Source: Calditrichia bacterium (lineage in GTDB: Bacteria > Calditrichota > Calditrichia > JAJRVZ01). Taken from it: a stretch of DNA of 64,000 bases. Under the pieces are notes generated by a model. The model was not told the DNA's origin and did not search any database. It saw only the letters and a program-made list of their open reading frames with translations. The stretch's first letter is position 1. Each line of letters begins with the position of its first letter. Position numbers and translations under genes: made by a program. The DNA is taken from positions 416,001 through 480,000 of the forward strand of contig CAWCNS010000011.1 of assembly GCA_963796965.1 (NCBI GenBank). Direction: 5' to 3'. This document shows positions 32,603-44,449 of the stretch, one piece after another.

Positions 32603-34802
32603 TCACCGCATTAATTTTTTATTAAGAAAATGGTGAAACCAAAAGGTTACCTCTTCCTGCATAGCATGCGACCGCCAGGCACCCCGTATACCATGTCGTT
32701 GGTTTGGATATATCATCATTTGAAATTCTTTTGATGCTTTTTGTAAATCTTGTACAAATTCAATAGTATTCTGCATATGGACATTGTCATCCAACGCCCC
32801 ATGGGTGATTAACAATTTTCCTTTATACCCATCAGTATAGGTCATAGCAGATCCGGATTTATATCCATCCGGATTATCTGAGGGCAAATCCATATATCGT
32901 TCGGTATAGACGGAGTCATAAAAACGCCAGTCGGTCACAGAATATCTGGCGATGCCATGGGTAAAAAAATCAGCGCCATTAGTGAGGGCAAGACAGGCCA
33001 CATACCCGCCATCAGCTACCCCCTACAATACCCATTTTATTTGCATCAATAAATGGTAATTTTCGCAACCACTTTACCGCCTGAATTAAATCAGATATTT
33101 CCCACTTACCAAGAGATCGATGCATTTTTACCGCTCCCTTTTTCCCAAAATGCTTTGAGCCGCGATGATCAAGGTACATGATGATAATATTATGCTGTGC
33201 ATAAAAATGATCGGACAAAGAAGGGAAGCGATTGACAACCGAAGCCCTTCCTGGTCCCCCATAGACCTTAAAAATAACCGGATATTTTTTAGTTTTATCA
33301 AAATCAGGAGGTAAAACCCAACCCGCGGGAAGATTAACGCCATCTTCGGTATCGATTGAAAACAACTCCATTTTACCAAAACTATAGTCCGCTGTTATCA
33401 TATTTTGTCTTTTACCAAGATTTTTCACGAGCTGCCCATCACTATCATGTAGATTTGAGACACCAGCCTGATTTATACTATTAAATGTATCGATAAAATA
33501 ATTACCTTCTTCTGAGATTTTGGGATTATGTGTTCCCGGCACCGAAGTTAGTCTCTTAAGATTCTTTCCATCCATTTTTACCATAAATAAATGCTTGCTT
33601 GTTGAATTCTCCTGAAATCCGAGGAAATAAATGATTTTATTTTTTTCATCTATCTTTAATATTTTCTCAACATCCCAATCACCCTCAGTTATCTTTTTTA
33701 TTAAAGTCCCTTCCAAATCATAATGATATAAATGCCTCCAGCCATCCCGATCACTTCTGATTATCAGACCCGCATCATTTTTTAATATTTGAAGATCTTC
33801 AAAGAACTCAACCCAGGCAGATTGCTTTTCCTCATAGACAAGAGAGCTCTGACCCGTTTCCGGATCCGCCTTACGAATCTGAAGATTATCCTGCCCACGA
33901 TTCATCCATTGGAAGTATAGCCGCTTACTGTCCGGCGCCCAAAAGGGCCAGGCGGTATAAGCATCGGCTTCTGGTTTAGTATCAATCCAAACAGTTTTAT
34001 TTGTTGTCAAATTAATTACACCTAATTTAACAGAGGGGTTTGTATCACCAGGCTGGGGATATCGTTGCATTTCCAAATAGCTCTCCGGGCCTTCACAATG
34101 AAAAATTGGATACTCTGGAACATTAGAGTCATCAAAACGCATAAAGGCAATCATCTGACTGTTTGGTGACCACCAAAAAGCAGCATATCTTGACTTGCGT
34201 CCAAGGATTTCCTCATAGTAAACCCAGGAAGCCCAACCATTATAGATGACATCACTACCATCATATGTCAATTGCACTTCTTCATCGCTTTCAAGATCAA
34301 TTACATATAGATTTGATCCTCTGGTGAAGGCTACCTTTTTACCATTAGAAGATAACTTGGGATTCTTTTCCTCTTCATTTGAATCTGTTAATTGTTTTAT
34401 TTGCTCAGTCTCAGGTAAATAGAGATATAAATCTTTATCTGACGTGATGATAAATCGGCTGTAATCTTTGTTGTGATCTGCCCATGGTACAGCGTAGGTC
34501 CCTTTCGAAAATCGTTTATTCAGATCACCAAAATCAATATATACATCTGACTCACCAGATATGGCATGTGTTTTCATTAATTGATATTTTTTGAAATCAT
34601 CGGAAGATTTCCAGGAAAGGTAATAGGCATCATCCAGCCAGCCCAGTATATCGGGAAGATCGTTAAATATACTAGGGGCGGCTCCACTGAATGCCTGCTC
34701 ATAAGTCAATGATTTTTGCTGGGCCCAGCTATTACCAGAAATTAGGATACCAAATAGAAGGGTTACGAGTAGTCTGTTTATTGTGGATGACTTCCTTATC
34801 AC
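32603..34802 (-). CDS. S9B dipeptidyl peptidase IV family (apparent 1-bp insertion at ~33012)
   Basis: DPP-IV N-terminal propeller (WVYYEE), YGGP; deleting one G restores GGSYGGY; HGALDDNVH and H of YPNQRHG. Confidence 0.92.
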
Positions 34803-35130
34803 ACTAACTCCTTTTTTCTGAATAAATCTAATTTTGATTAGTTTTATCTTTGTAATAGATCACTTGATTTGGATTAAGAGCCTTATATAGGCTACACTCG
34901 TGTATCGACGCGATTTATCGCGTCGCAACCGTAAGACCTGCAAGGTGTAAAACACTCTTTTTGCCTTCGTCTCATATACCACACAACATCAAAGAAAATA
35001 CATGGATCTAAATATCTCACAATGGTTGATTATTATTCGTGGTAGTTCGCGGACGGCAATTATAAATCTAAATTTCGCACATCATGATATTTTAACTTTA
35101 TAACAATCTAACCGATACATTGAAATTTGA

Positions 35131-37633
35131 TTAGAACTCCCTCTGCATCGAAACCCGTGATTTAACCTCATTAACAAATTGTAAAAATTCAGGTTCATCC
35201 CTTACACTTTCAAAAAGAGGATCCATTTCAAGCCAGCTATAAAAGAGAAAGCCATTTTCCAAGGCTTTGGCCAACCAAATAAAACATGCTTCTGTATCAC
35301 CTTTAATGGCTTGGATAGCTGCCATATCGTAGGCGACACCCCACCATTGGCTACCCTGATTAAGGGTTTTATTATTCAAGTCTAGGCTATAATTTATCAT
35401 TTCTTCTGCTTCCTGGAAATGATTCGTTTTTTTTAAGATAAAACCCAGACTTGTGGTTGCATTTATGCCAGTAAAGGGATGCCAGGCTTTTGGAGAAATC
35501 ATCAATGCTTTTTGATAATAATTACCGGCCGCTTTAGGATCCCCTGAAATGAGAGCAATATCTCCTGCTGCAATACATGCTCCCGGATCATCGGGCAATG
35601 TTAAAACCAATTTTGTTGCATTTTTTGATGCTTCCCCCAGATTATGATTAATAATATCGACGAGGATTAATGCCACGGCCGGACTTGGTTTTAGATCAGG
35701 ATGAATAGCATAAGAGTTATTCAACCAGTGCCTGGCTGATTCATAATCTACCATAAACAAGTCCAAAAGCCCTAATCCCAATTGTGTGGAGCCAAAAACG
35801 GGATCTCCCTCTCTGGCCTTCTCAAACCATATTCGCGCTCGTGACAGATCCCCCAAATTCATGTAAATCCAACCAACATTATGCATGGCAACATAATAAT
35901 TCGGATTCTCATCCAAAGCGAGAAGGTTTTGATCCAAGGCTTTATCAAACCAAGATCGTGAATAGAAGATCAGACCTAAAGCTTTATGCGCCTCTGCAAG
36001 ATTCCTGTCTATTGATAAAGCCATCTCGCACATGACAACGGCTGAATCAAGCCAGAATGATTCCTCTCCAAATCTTAATGTATTTTGTACATAAGCATCG
36101 GCGAGGCCCGTATAAGCCAGAGCAAAATCAGGGTCAATTTTAAGAGACCTTTTATATAGATCGATAGCTGTTTGATTATCAACCATTCGTAATCTATGGT
36201 AAAAATTCCGTCCTTTTAAATAATAATCATAAGCCGTCAGATCTTTAGTATAAACCTTGTTTATTTTATTTTCTTCTTTGCTTGATAATGTGATCTGCAA
36301 AGCCTCGGCAATATGCCTGGCAACCTCACTCTGTATTTTAAATATGTCACTAAGTTGACGATCATAATTCTCAGCCCAGAGCTGTTCACCACTTTCCTGA
36401 TGAAATAATTTAGCCGTAATACGAACCGTGTTCCCTTCACGTCGTACCGTACCCGAAAGCCTATGTGTCACATCTAGTTCTTTGCCAATTTGCGAATGGG
36501 TTTTCTGCGAGTCCCTGTAATCCATAGTCTGACGGTATGAGATGACCCGTAAACCCGTAATCTTGGATAATTGAACAATAATGTCTTCAGTGATACCATT
36601 ACTAAAATAGTCATCATCTTCAAGATGATTTATATTTTCAAAAGGCAGAACAGTAATAGATTTTGAGATAACATGAGAGGGATGGTTAAACCAGAGGAAG
36701 CTCAGAATAAGTATTACGGTAATCACTACAATGGGAATGGAAAACCGACGAAAATTTAACTTCATATTTTGTTTATTAAAAGCGGGTATAGAATAGGTAG
36801 TGCCTGTATCTAAATTAGTTTGTGCATTTTTCAGATCATCAAGCATTTCAAGAACAGTCTGATATCTCTCATTTGGATTTTTTGAAAGAGCTTCTTTGAA
36901 TAATAGATTCCAGGCTATCCGGTAGACCTTTTCGAAGTTTTTGTACAGGTTCAGGATCCTGATTTATGATATTATAAATAACCGCTTGTTCATATTCTCC
37001 TTTAAAAGGTAGTCTACCGGTCATCGCTTCATATAACAAGACACCTAAAGACCAGATATCTGTACGATCATCTACAATATTTCCCTTCGCTTGCTCGGGA
37101 GACATGTAATTAGCCGTGCCAAAAGAACTCCACTCCTTTGTCAGACCTGTCTGACCTGACAATTTGGCCAGACCAAAATCCAGAATTTTGAGGGATCCGT
37201 CTTCAGTAATCATTATATTGCCGGGTTTGATATCGCGATGCACAATACCATTTTTGTGAGCCATCGCCAGACCCTCAGCGATGTTGGTAGCCATATGAAG
37301 GGATTCTTTTATAGAGAGTGGTTTTTGCTTTATTCTACTATCTAATGTTTGGCCGGTATAATACGCCATAACCATAAACATCTGATCATCAGAGCTTTGA
37401 TCGATCTCATATATTGTGCATATATTCGGGTGATCTAAGGCGGAAGCGGCTTCAGCCTCCTGAGCGAAGCGTGTTCGGGACTCCGGATCGCGGGTGAGTG
37501 ACGGGGAAAGGAATTTGATTGCAACCAATCGTTTTAGTATCAGATCTTTGGCTTTGTAGACGATGCCCATTCCACCTTCACCTAGTTTTTCTAGGATTTT
37601 ATAATGAGAAATCGTATGGCCTATCATCGACAT
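35131..37633 (-). CDS. Ser/Thr protein kinase with TM helix, TolB-like domain and TPRs (apparent frameshift ~36893)
   Basis: LGEGGMGIVY, VAIK, HRDIKPGN, DFG, YMSPEQ; then ITVLPFEN and TPRs ending MDPLFESVRDEPEF. Confidence 0.9.
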
Positions 37634-37680
37634 AAGAATAAAATAATCCGGTTAATTCTTGAAAGTCTGAAACCTAAAGC

Positions 37681-37710
37681 AAAAATCCCCGGAAGTAGAA
37701 ACCGGGGATT
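37681..37710 (-). terminator. Rho-independent terminator after the STAS gene
   Basis: AATCCCCGG...CCGGGGATT stem with a minus-strand U-tract. Confidence 0.7.
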
Positions 37711-37735
37711 ATATTAATGAAGAGAAATACCTACA

Positions 37736-38080
37736 TTATTCGTTTTTATAACTATCGACAGCTTCTTCAACTGTCTCGAAAATCTTAAATATGCTAATCA
37801 ATTGGGTAATGACAAAAACATTTCTTGCTTTCTCCCCCATCCGGGCGAGACGAACATCTCCCTGTGCATTACGTATGGTCGTTAAACAGCGCATTAACGA
37901 TCCAACACCCATGCTATTCATCCAGCTCACCCCATTTAGATCTATTACAATTCTGTTAACTTTCTGCCCCAAAAAACTTTTCATTTCAGTATATAAATCA
38001 TCTGTTTCCGGATAACCCATTAATTTTCCCTTAAGGGTTAGAACACCAATTCCATCTTCAATTTTATCCTTAATTTTCAT
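37736..38080 (-). CDS. STAS anti-sigma factor antagonist (RsbV/SpoIIAA-like)
   Basis: LKGKLMG, VIDL, WMNSMGVG; GGAGG RBS. Confidence 0.9.
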   Translation of the reverse strand: MKIKDKIEDGIGVLTLKGKLMGYPETDDLYTEMKSFLGQKVNRIVIDLNGVSWMNSMGVGSLMRCLTTIRNAQGDVRLARMGEKARNVFVITQLISIFKIFETVEEAVDSYKNE

Positions 38081-38324
38081 AATGAGGTACCTCCAGGTTT
38101 GGAATGATTAATGCAAAATATACCTTATTTTGTTGATTACATCAATATTTTTCAATTCCGGTTCATTATTGATATTACCATATAATTGCTCCCGAATGAA
38201 AGTCCCTAAAGTTCATTCACAACCTTTAAATATTTCAACTCAAAAGTGTCCGGTTAAGATTTAGATATCTATTAATAAACACTTTAATATCAATAGATTT
38301 GATTAGTTTCCTAACATTGGGACC

Positions 38325-38408
38325 TGATTTAAAGAACTCACCCTTCCCGAAGATTCCTTTCCCGAGACGCGATCCCGTTCCGGGACGGGATGAAAAGAGA
38401 GGGACTTT
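38325..38408. repeat. Palindromic intergenic element; inverted copy at 61555..61627
   Basis: Ends TGATTTAAAGAACTCACCCTT.CCGAAG and TGAAAAGAGAGGGACTTT are shared with the reverse complement of 61555..61627. Confidence 0.75.
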
Positions 38409-38576
38409 CTTTAGCCGATAATTTGGCCAGGCCGAAATCTACAATTTTCACTTCCCCCTTTTGGTCAGCATAATATTAGCCGGCTTGATATCACGATGAA
38501 TGATTCCGGCTTCGTGAGCTCTGGATAGTCCGTGTGCAATTTGAAGAGCAACGGTAATTGTTTCGTCAAGGGGCAT
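38409..38576 (-). pseudogene. Ser/Thr kinase gene fragment (helix E to DFG only); absent from the ORF track
   Basis: Manual translation [53 protein letters not shown] with one indel; no N-lobe or downstream subdomains. Confidence 0.85.
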
Positions 38577-38626
38577 CCCCTTGGAAACATTTGCTTTAGA
38601 CTGGGAGGAAACAGAGGTAGAGGTGG

Positions 38627-39406
38627 CTATCGATGCTCGGGAAATGATTTTCTTAGATTTTTACCTGTCACTACCTGATAATCCGAAACCTTCAGATCAT
38701 CACTTGTACTGACATTTTTATCAACATTTTTATCCAGAGCCATTTTCCATTGATAAAATTGAGAGAAAGTTGGTCGCAATTTATTAACTAATTCAGAAAA
38801 AAGACCGCTTTTTTCATAATTCTCGGCATCTTTCCTGCTATCCCATATGGTCAGGGAAACAACTTCATTGGCGTTATTCATACCTTCAATCAAATAGGCA
38901 TATTGGCAACCATTTGTATCCCGGAGAGCAGGTATAATTTCTTCCATATAGATATCGCGGAACTCAGTCACTTTATCTTTCTGCAGAATATGTGACACGA
39001 TACGTACATACATTTTGGAATGCTGTTTAAACATGTCCATTTTTGTTCTTTCATGCACAGTTACATTGAACTGCTCCAATTCCGGTTCGTCATCTTCCTG
39101 CCGGTATTCAAGTTCTAAATCTTCGGATAGTTGAATTTTCCATTCTGAGGATTCTGACAAAAATGGCTTAGCTTGTTCCAAAATCTTTTTATATGTACCA
39201 CTTTTCTCATAAGCATCAGCATGATCCCGGGAATCCCACAACGTTAAAGAGAGCCCCTCATTGGAATCCTTATTACTCTGTAATAGACCGGCGAATAAAC
39301 AGCCATCAATCTTTTGAAGTTCACCAATGACAATGGCGTCATAGAAAGATCTCATAACTTCCATATCACTAGATTTGGCAGAGATATTGAGAAGACGCAT
39401 AAACAT
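38627..39406 (-). CDS. Tandem antibiotic-biosynthesis-monooxygenase (ABM) domain protein
   Basis: Two similar halves (GC...[18 protein letters not shown] and GC...[18 protein letters not shown]). Confidence 0.8.
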   Translation of the reverse strand: MFMRLLNISAKSSDMEVMRSFYDAIVIGELQKIDGCLFAGLLQSNKDSNEGLSLTLWDSRDHADAYEKSGTYKKILEQAKPFLSESSEWKIQLSEDLELEYRQEDDEPELEQFNVTVHERTKMDMFKQHSKMYVRIVSHILQKDKVTEFRDIYMEEIIPALRDTNGCQYAYLIEGMNNANEVVSLTIWDSRKDAENYEKSGLFSELVNKLRPTFSQFYQWKMALDKNVDKNVSTSDDLKVSDYQVVTGKNLRKSFPEHR

Positions 39407-39536
39407 AAGACTTACCTTGATTTATTTTTTAGTATTGCTTTATCTTATTTGTATTACATCGGTCAAAAATCAAAGTCGTGTAAAAAACAGCACGCCAGTT
39501 ATGGAAGACGTGTTTCTATGACGATGAACAAAAAAA

Positions 39537-39884
39537 TCAGAGATCGGATCTAAAACTGGCAATGGCCTGATCAGTCTGATCAAATACTTCTATCACTCTC
39601 GTAAGTTTGGTGATCGAAAAAATATTTTTAATATTCTCGTCTAGCCCAGCCAAACACAAATCGCCGCCGGCATCCCGAACAATTGATACAGCACGCATAA
39701 TACCGCCAATACCAAGACTGGATATCCGGGCCAGATTCTTAAGATTTAAAACGATATGATTCAAATCACGCTCCAGCACTGACTTGATATGCTGGTGAAG
39801 TTTTTCTGTGTCATCTGTTGCAATCAATTTTCCTTTTAAAGTCAGGATTATCACACCATCATTTTCCTTTTCAACACATACCAA
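39537..39884 (-). CDS. STAS anti-sigma factor antagonist
   Basis: LKGKL, RISSLGIG, FSITKL. Confidence 0.85.
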   Translation of the reverse strand: MVCVEKENDGVIILTLKGKLIATDDTEKLHQHIKSVLERDLNHIVLNLKNLARISSLGIGGIMRAVSIVRDAGGDLCLAGLDENIKNIFSITKLTRVIEVFDQTDQAIASFRSDL

Positions 39885-40174
39885 TAGAATTCTCCTTATC
39901 TGTCGTCTAATTCCGCTGCAGAAATGATGATACCTGGCTATAGTTAATTTACCTATAACCGAAAATCATCTGCAGATAATTCACAAAATTAAAATTTATG
40001 TTATTTATTATATTTATTAGGTAAGTGGACTATTCGATAAAATGAATAACCGGACAATCGCATTTTAAAATATGAGCATGCTGCCACTCATTTACGATGT
40101 AATATATACAATCTAATATGATCAGATTAAAAATACAATGAAAAGCTGTTATCAATATCTATGATTTTATTTAC

Positions 40175-41182
40175 TTACTTGTTGTTCAGGAGAAAAAGTT
40201 GCCACAATTCTTTAGGATCAGCTCGAAAAATAACCGATAGAGCACGTTTGCCAGTTTTCCCAATGCTGCTCTCCAAAAATTTTAACTCCTCCAATTTATC
40301 TTTAATATCTTGTTCAAGTGTAATTTTAAAACCGTTTTGCTGCATCAGGAGAATTCCTTTGGCTCTGATACTGAGTTCCAAATAAGTTCTTAAGTAACAA
40401 ATCATATCAGCAATTTTTTCACCGGGGATAGATTTTTTTAATGAATCCAGATAATCCCCTACCTTTGTTTGAGAGATTGTACCAGAAGTAAGAAATTCCA
40501 GCAATCCGACTTCCGTATCGAGGCCCATTTCAAGCCAACGGTTTAAAGCTTTCTCACTTTGTGTAAAAATGGCCCAAAATAATAAAGGCAAAACAAGCAA
40601 CTGAATGATAGTTACGTACTCAGGACCAATAGTTCGATGATTAAAAATTGAGTGTATTACTATTGCTATAATTAATCCTGGTAAAAATATATATATTCTC
40701 ATATTCAAATGGCGATCTACAAGATATTTTGAGACAACGGCAAAGATGGCTGTTGCAGCACCATGCATAACCGCAGTTCCAAGACCTCTTATTATCCAAA
40801 CAAATGCATCTAAATCTGATGATTGAAAATGATAGATATTCTCTATAATTGCAAATCCAGTCCCTATTGCGAATCCAAAAATGGCTGCATCAACCAAAAA
40901 GCCGATATTAGTTGACCGAATAAGGTAGATAATGATGATTCCCTTTATCATTTCCTCAATCAAAGGGGCGCCATAGCGCGTGTAAAAATCGTATCCAAAA
41001 TCAAATTTAGCCAGCAGCCATTGATTCACCTGGAGACAGATGAGGGCTGCAAGCACTCCAAAAAGCAATGTTTTGATAATTGATTTATAGTTGACCAGCT
41101 TAAAACTGTCATACATGATCAGAATTGTGAGAAATATAACGACGGGTATTAACCCGATTAAAAGTTTAAATACTTCGATCAT
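40175..41182 (-). CDS. prsW: PrsW-family glutamic-type intramembrane protease
   Basis: APLIEEMIK, GTGFAIIEN, RGLGTAVMH and HSIFN motifs; extra C-terminal soluble domain. Confidence 0.88.
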   Translation of the reverse strand: MIEVFKLLIGLIPVVIFLTILIMYDSFKLVNYKSIIKTLLFGVLAALICLQVNQWLLAKFDFGYDFYTRYGAPLIEEMIKGIIIIYLIRSTNIGFLVDAAIFGFAIGTGFAIIENIYHFQSSDLDAFVWIIRGLGTAVMHGAATAIFAVVSKYLVDRHLNMRIYIFLPGLIIAIVIHSIFNHRTIGPEYVTIIQLLVLPLLFWAIFTQSEKALNRWLEMGLDTEVGLLEFLTSGTISQTKVGDYLDSLKKSIPGEKIADMICYLRTYLELSIRAKGILLMQQNGFKITLEQDIKDKLEELKFLESSIGKTGKRALSVIFRADPKELWQLFLLNNK

Positions 41183-44118
41183 AGAATTTTAAGTGATATC
41201 ATAAATTCGTTTGACAATTTCTGGCCTTCATGAAAGGCTCCGGCATATCCCAGAGATAAAGTAGTAGACATATGCGTAAAAAATATCAATTTAAAATCTA
41301 ACTGAATACCCAAATTAGCTGTCATGCTTTTGTACGCCTCGTAATGAACATCTTCCAATATTCCTGTTGTAAAAAAACTTAACCTGGCCCAGTTTAAATA
41401 CATATTCGTAAAACCCGCCTCGCGGAAGCGGATAGGGGGGAGCGGCCATTCCATCATAAGTTTGAGATAATTCTGTGCCTCAATGCTGTTTAACTTTACC
41501 CCAGGAAAGCTATAAAATTCACGGTAACGGCTGACGCTTTTGTCATCAATCCAGTTATTACCAAAGCCACCAAGATAGTAGTTTGAAAAAGAAATATCCC
41601 GATCGCCCCTTGAAATTCCAAAGGAACTTCTCAACCATAATGAAGAATGATCAATTGGAAGAAGAATACCATAATTGACATTGAATAATAAATGAGGGAA
41701 ATACTCCGAATTTGCATAATAATTATAAGAGATCACATCTATTCCAAATCCGCACTCCTCCTCTACCGCTCCCTGAGTTCTAAGAAGGTAACTATATTTA
41801 AGAGAGGCTCCAAAAGTAATAAATCTATCCACGGGTGTTACGACGTTTTGGAAAAAAGGTAATCGATCCAGGTCAGCATAAGCGGTAACATTCACATTAA
41901 GGTCCAAAAGTCGCGGCTTTTCATAAATGATCGATTGATCATACTGCAATCCCAGAGAATAGCCTTTTCGGCTGGTTTTGGTTGGACCAAAAAGATCATA
42001 AAAATCAGCCTGATTATAAGTGGTGTTTAACTGCCAACCCCAATATCTAAATTTTAAATCTGCATGTAATCTTTCATCTGAGGATAAATTTGTATATGGT
42101 GAGTAAGATATCCTCCCTGATAATGTCACTACCCCCAGCAAATCCATCAGATCTGCACGTACACCGATTGCAGCATATTCTTTATACCCAAGGATAACGG
42201 GATAAATCGAGTTAAGAGAGAGGTTTTTTAAAGGAGAGTAAATACCATTATAGACTGTTATCGAATCGATGTTTACCTTTGCAGGGGAGTCTGCCACCCA
42301 GTCTTTTACAATGGGGTATTTATCAACAATTTTGTATCCTAAGAACTGGATGGCACTCACTTCTTCCGGCTGTTTGTTGGGAATCAGGGCCGGAACAAAA
42401 CCTTTGTCCGTATATCGAAAGATAAGGAGTGAATCACTCGAAATCGGAATTGGCCGAAAAAATCCCGTTTCGGCATTGCTCAATACCACAATATCATCAT
42501 CACTCAAATTATAACGAAATATATTTGAGACGCCCGAAAGATATGATGAACCATATAAATAGTTTCCGTCATCAGAAAAAGTGAAATTTGCGGGAGTACT
42601 ATTGCCAAAATTAATGAGCATATCGTAAGATGTATTAGAATTTAAAAGTGAATCTGTACTCATTTTGATTAACAATTGGTCCCCATTGATTTTAACTAAA
42701 GCACCTGTTAAGACTTTTCCATCCGGTGATATATCTAAATCATACATATCCTGGCCAAATGGCCAGGAATAAATCTGATTCCATTCTTTATACGGATATG
42801 GAATTCGCACGATGGTAGAGATTCCATCTTGATGTCTTATCCCCCAGACAGACTTATCATTTCGATTAAAACATAGATCTCCGGTTCGTGCATCTTTGAT
42901 GAGTACCTCAGAATTTCCTGTTTGAATATCAACCTTATTTAAATCCCGCCAATCGTTATTATCTGTCGTATAAAACAGGTAATTATTTTCCGGGTCATAT
43001 GCGAGTGATGTGACATAAAACATACCCGTCCCGGTTAAATTACAGATCTTTTTTTCGAATCCCGATATTAAATCGATCGATGATAAATAAGGAATCTGAG
43101 CTGGTCTTTTAACTGCAACATAGAGTTTCTTGTTCAATTTGTCATAATATCCGCGAGATACAGAACCAAGTGCCCTGTCCAAAATAGATCGAGAGGGTGT
43201 CGTTGGATGTTGACGGATAGAGTCCAGGTTTGATTTTTGGAATCTCTTTTCCCATTCAATCCATGCATGCCATTCCGAATCAAGGGAGTTGGAATAGATG
43301 TTTTCAAAATCGGAAGAAAAATATTTACTTCTATCTTCTGTTTTTGATATCCAATCAATTATTTTATCCGGACCGTACTGATAGGCAAGATAACTTATAA
43401 ACCGCGTGCCATAGAGATAAGAATTTACACCCATATGAAAATCAATCGTTGTGCCCTCCGATTCCAATCCGACAAAATTATAAATGTAACTACTATCACG
43501 CACCATGGTTCTGAACACCATCTCATCATATGAACCAAGGGCACGCCCCAGGCCGCCGGCCATCCAGGTTTCAAAAAAAACTGCTGTACCCTCATGGTAC
43601 CAGCGGGGCGAAAACAATCGCGGATTTGTCATATAACTGTAAATCATTGATTCAGGATTCTCTGAACTGATATTTACCTTTCCAAAAAATAATGAACGAA
43701 AGAATTGATCAGAATCAGACGCTTTGTCAGAAGCAACTATATGGACCAATTCATGATTCATTAACCAATTCATTCTTTCATTAGCCGGTGTCGTCTCATA
43801 CACATAACTAAAAGGAGCCATATAAAGTCGAATATAATTGTGGGGGATTGGAATGGCACCGGCATTCCCAAAATCACTAAAATCCTGGAAAAAAAGTGTT
43901 ATCTTTTCAGCCGATTTATAATTAAAAAACCGGCTTTCAAATCCCAGAGAATTTTCAAAGGCGCGCGCCACATAGGGTACAACGTACTCATGTGCTTTAC
44001 TTGTATATATTAAATTTAAATTATTAGTTTCAAATTTATAAAGTTGGGCTTGCCCCACAGTAATAAAAATTTGATGCATTATTAAAAAAACAAATATGAC
44101 TTTTAGTTTGCTTAACAA
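41179..44118 (-). CDS. Exported ~980-aa protein: HExxH (gluzincin/MA-like) peptidase, beta-propeller and putative Omp85-like barrel
   Basis: Signal peptide; NHELVH and PRWYHEGTA; DISPDG and TFSDDG (TolB/PD40-like) blades; C-terminal ~350 aa of amphipathic strands. Confidence 0.7.
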   Translation of the reverse strand: MLSKLKVIFVFLIMHQIFITVGQAQLYKFETNNLNLIYTSKAHEYVVPYVARAFENSLGFESRFFNYKSAEKITLFFQDFSDFGNAGAIPIPHNYIRLYMAPFSYVYETTPANERMNWLMNHELVHIVASDKASDSDQFFRSLFFGKVNISSENPESMIYSYMTNPRLFSPRWYHEGTAVFFETWMAGGLGRALGSYDEMVFRTMVRDSSYIYNFVGLESEGTTIDFHMGVNSYLYGTRFISYLAYQYGPDKIIDWISKTEDRSKYFSSDFENIYSNSLDSEWHAWIEWEKRFQKSNLDSIRQHPTTPSRSILDRALGSVSRGYYDKLNKKLYVAVKRPAQIPYLSSIDLISGFEKKICNLTGTGMFYVTSLAYDPENNYLFYTTDNNDWRDLNKVDIQTGNSEVLIKDARTGDLCFNRNDKSVWGIRHQDGISTIVRIPYPYKEWNQIYSWPFGQDMYDLDISPDGKVLTGALVKINGDQLLIKMSTDSLLNSNTSYDMLINFGNSTPANFTFSDDGNYLYGSSYLSGVSNIFRYNLSDDDIVVLSNAETGFFRPIPISSDSLLIFRYTDKGFVPALIPNKQPEEVSAIQFLGYKIVDKYPIVKDWVADSPAKVNIDSITVYNGIYSPLKNLSLNSIYPVILGYKEYAAIGVRADLMDLLGVVTLSGRISYSPYTNLSSDERLHADLKFRYWGWQLNTTYNQADFYDLFGPTKTSRKGYSLGLQYDQSIIYEKPRLLDLNVNVTAYADLDRLPFFQNVVTPVDRFITFGASLKYSYLLRTQGAVEEECGFGIDVISYNYYANSEYFPHLLFNVNYGILLPIDHSSLWLRSSFGISRGDRDISFSNYYLGGFGNNWIDDKSVSRYREFYSFPGVKLNSIEAQNYLKLMMEWPLPPIRFREAGFTNMYLNWARLSFFTTGILEDVHYEAYKSMTANLGIQLDFKLIFFTHMSTTLSLGYAGAFHEGQKLSNEFMISLKIL

Positions 44119-44164
44119 AATGTATTACACCAATAGTTATATTAGAAAGGAAGGAAAAAAATTA

Positions 44165-44204
44165 AAAGTGGAGACACCATCCCTGCAGCGAGGTATCTCC
44201 ATCA
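44165..44204 (-). terminator. Possible terminator/stabilising hairpin between the repeat gene and the peptidase-barrel gene
   Basis: Imperfect stem GTGGAGACACC...GGTATCTCCA.CAC with a short minus-strand U-tract. Confidence 0.35.
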
Positions 44205-44449
44205 CTATACAATGTTTTATAAACAGGATAACTGATACTTAAATAACCCGTATAATTCATCTCTCGCAAAAACACCAAACCGCAGAGTTTATATATTAGT
44301 AATTTTTTCTCTGCGCTTTTTAAATCATGGATGATTTAATCCCGATATGTCGACAGGATGGAGACATTTTTATCGGGAGCGTCTCTGCGTCTTTGCGAGA
44401 GATTTTTTATGAAGAGACCCGTATCAGCTGAATATTTAGAGATAAATCG

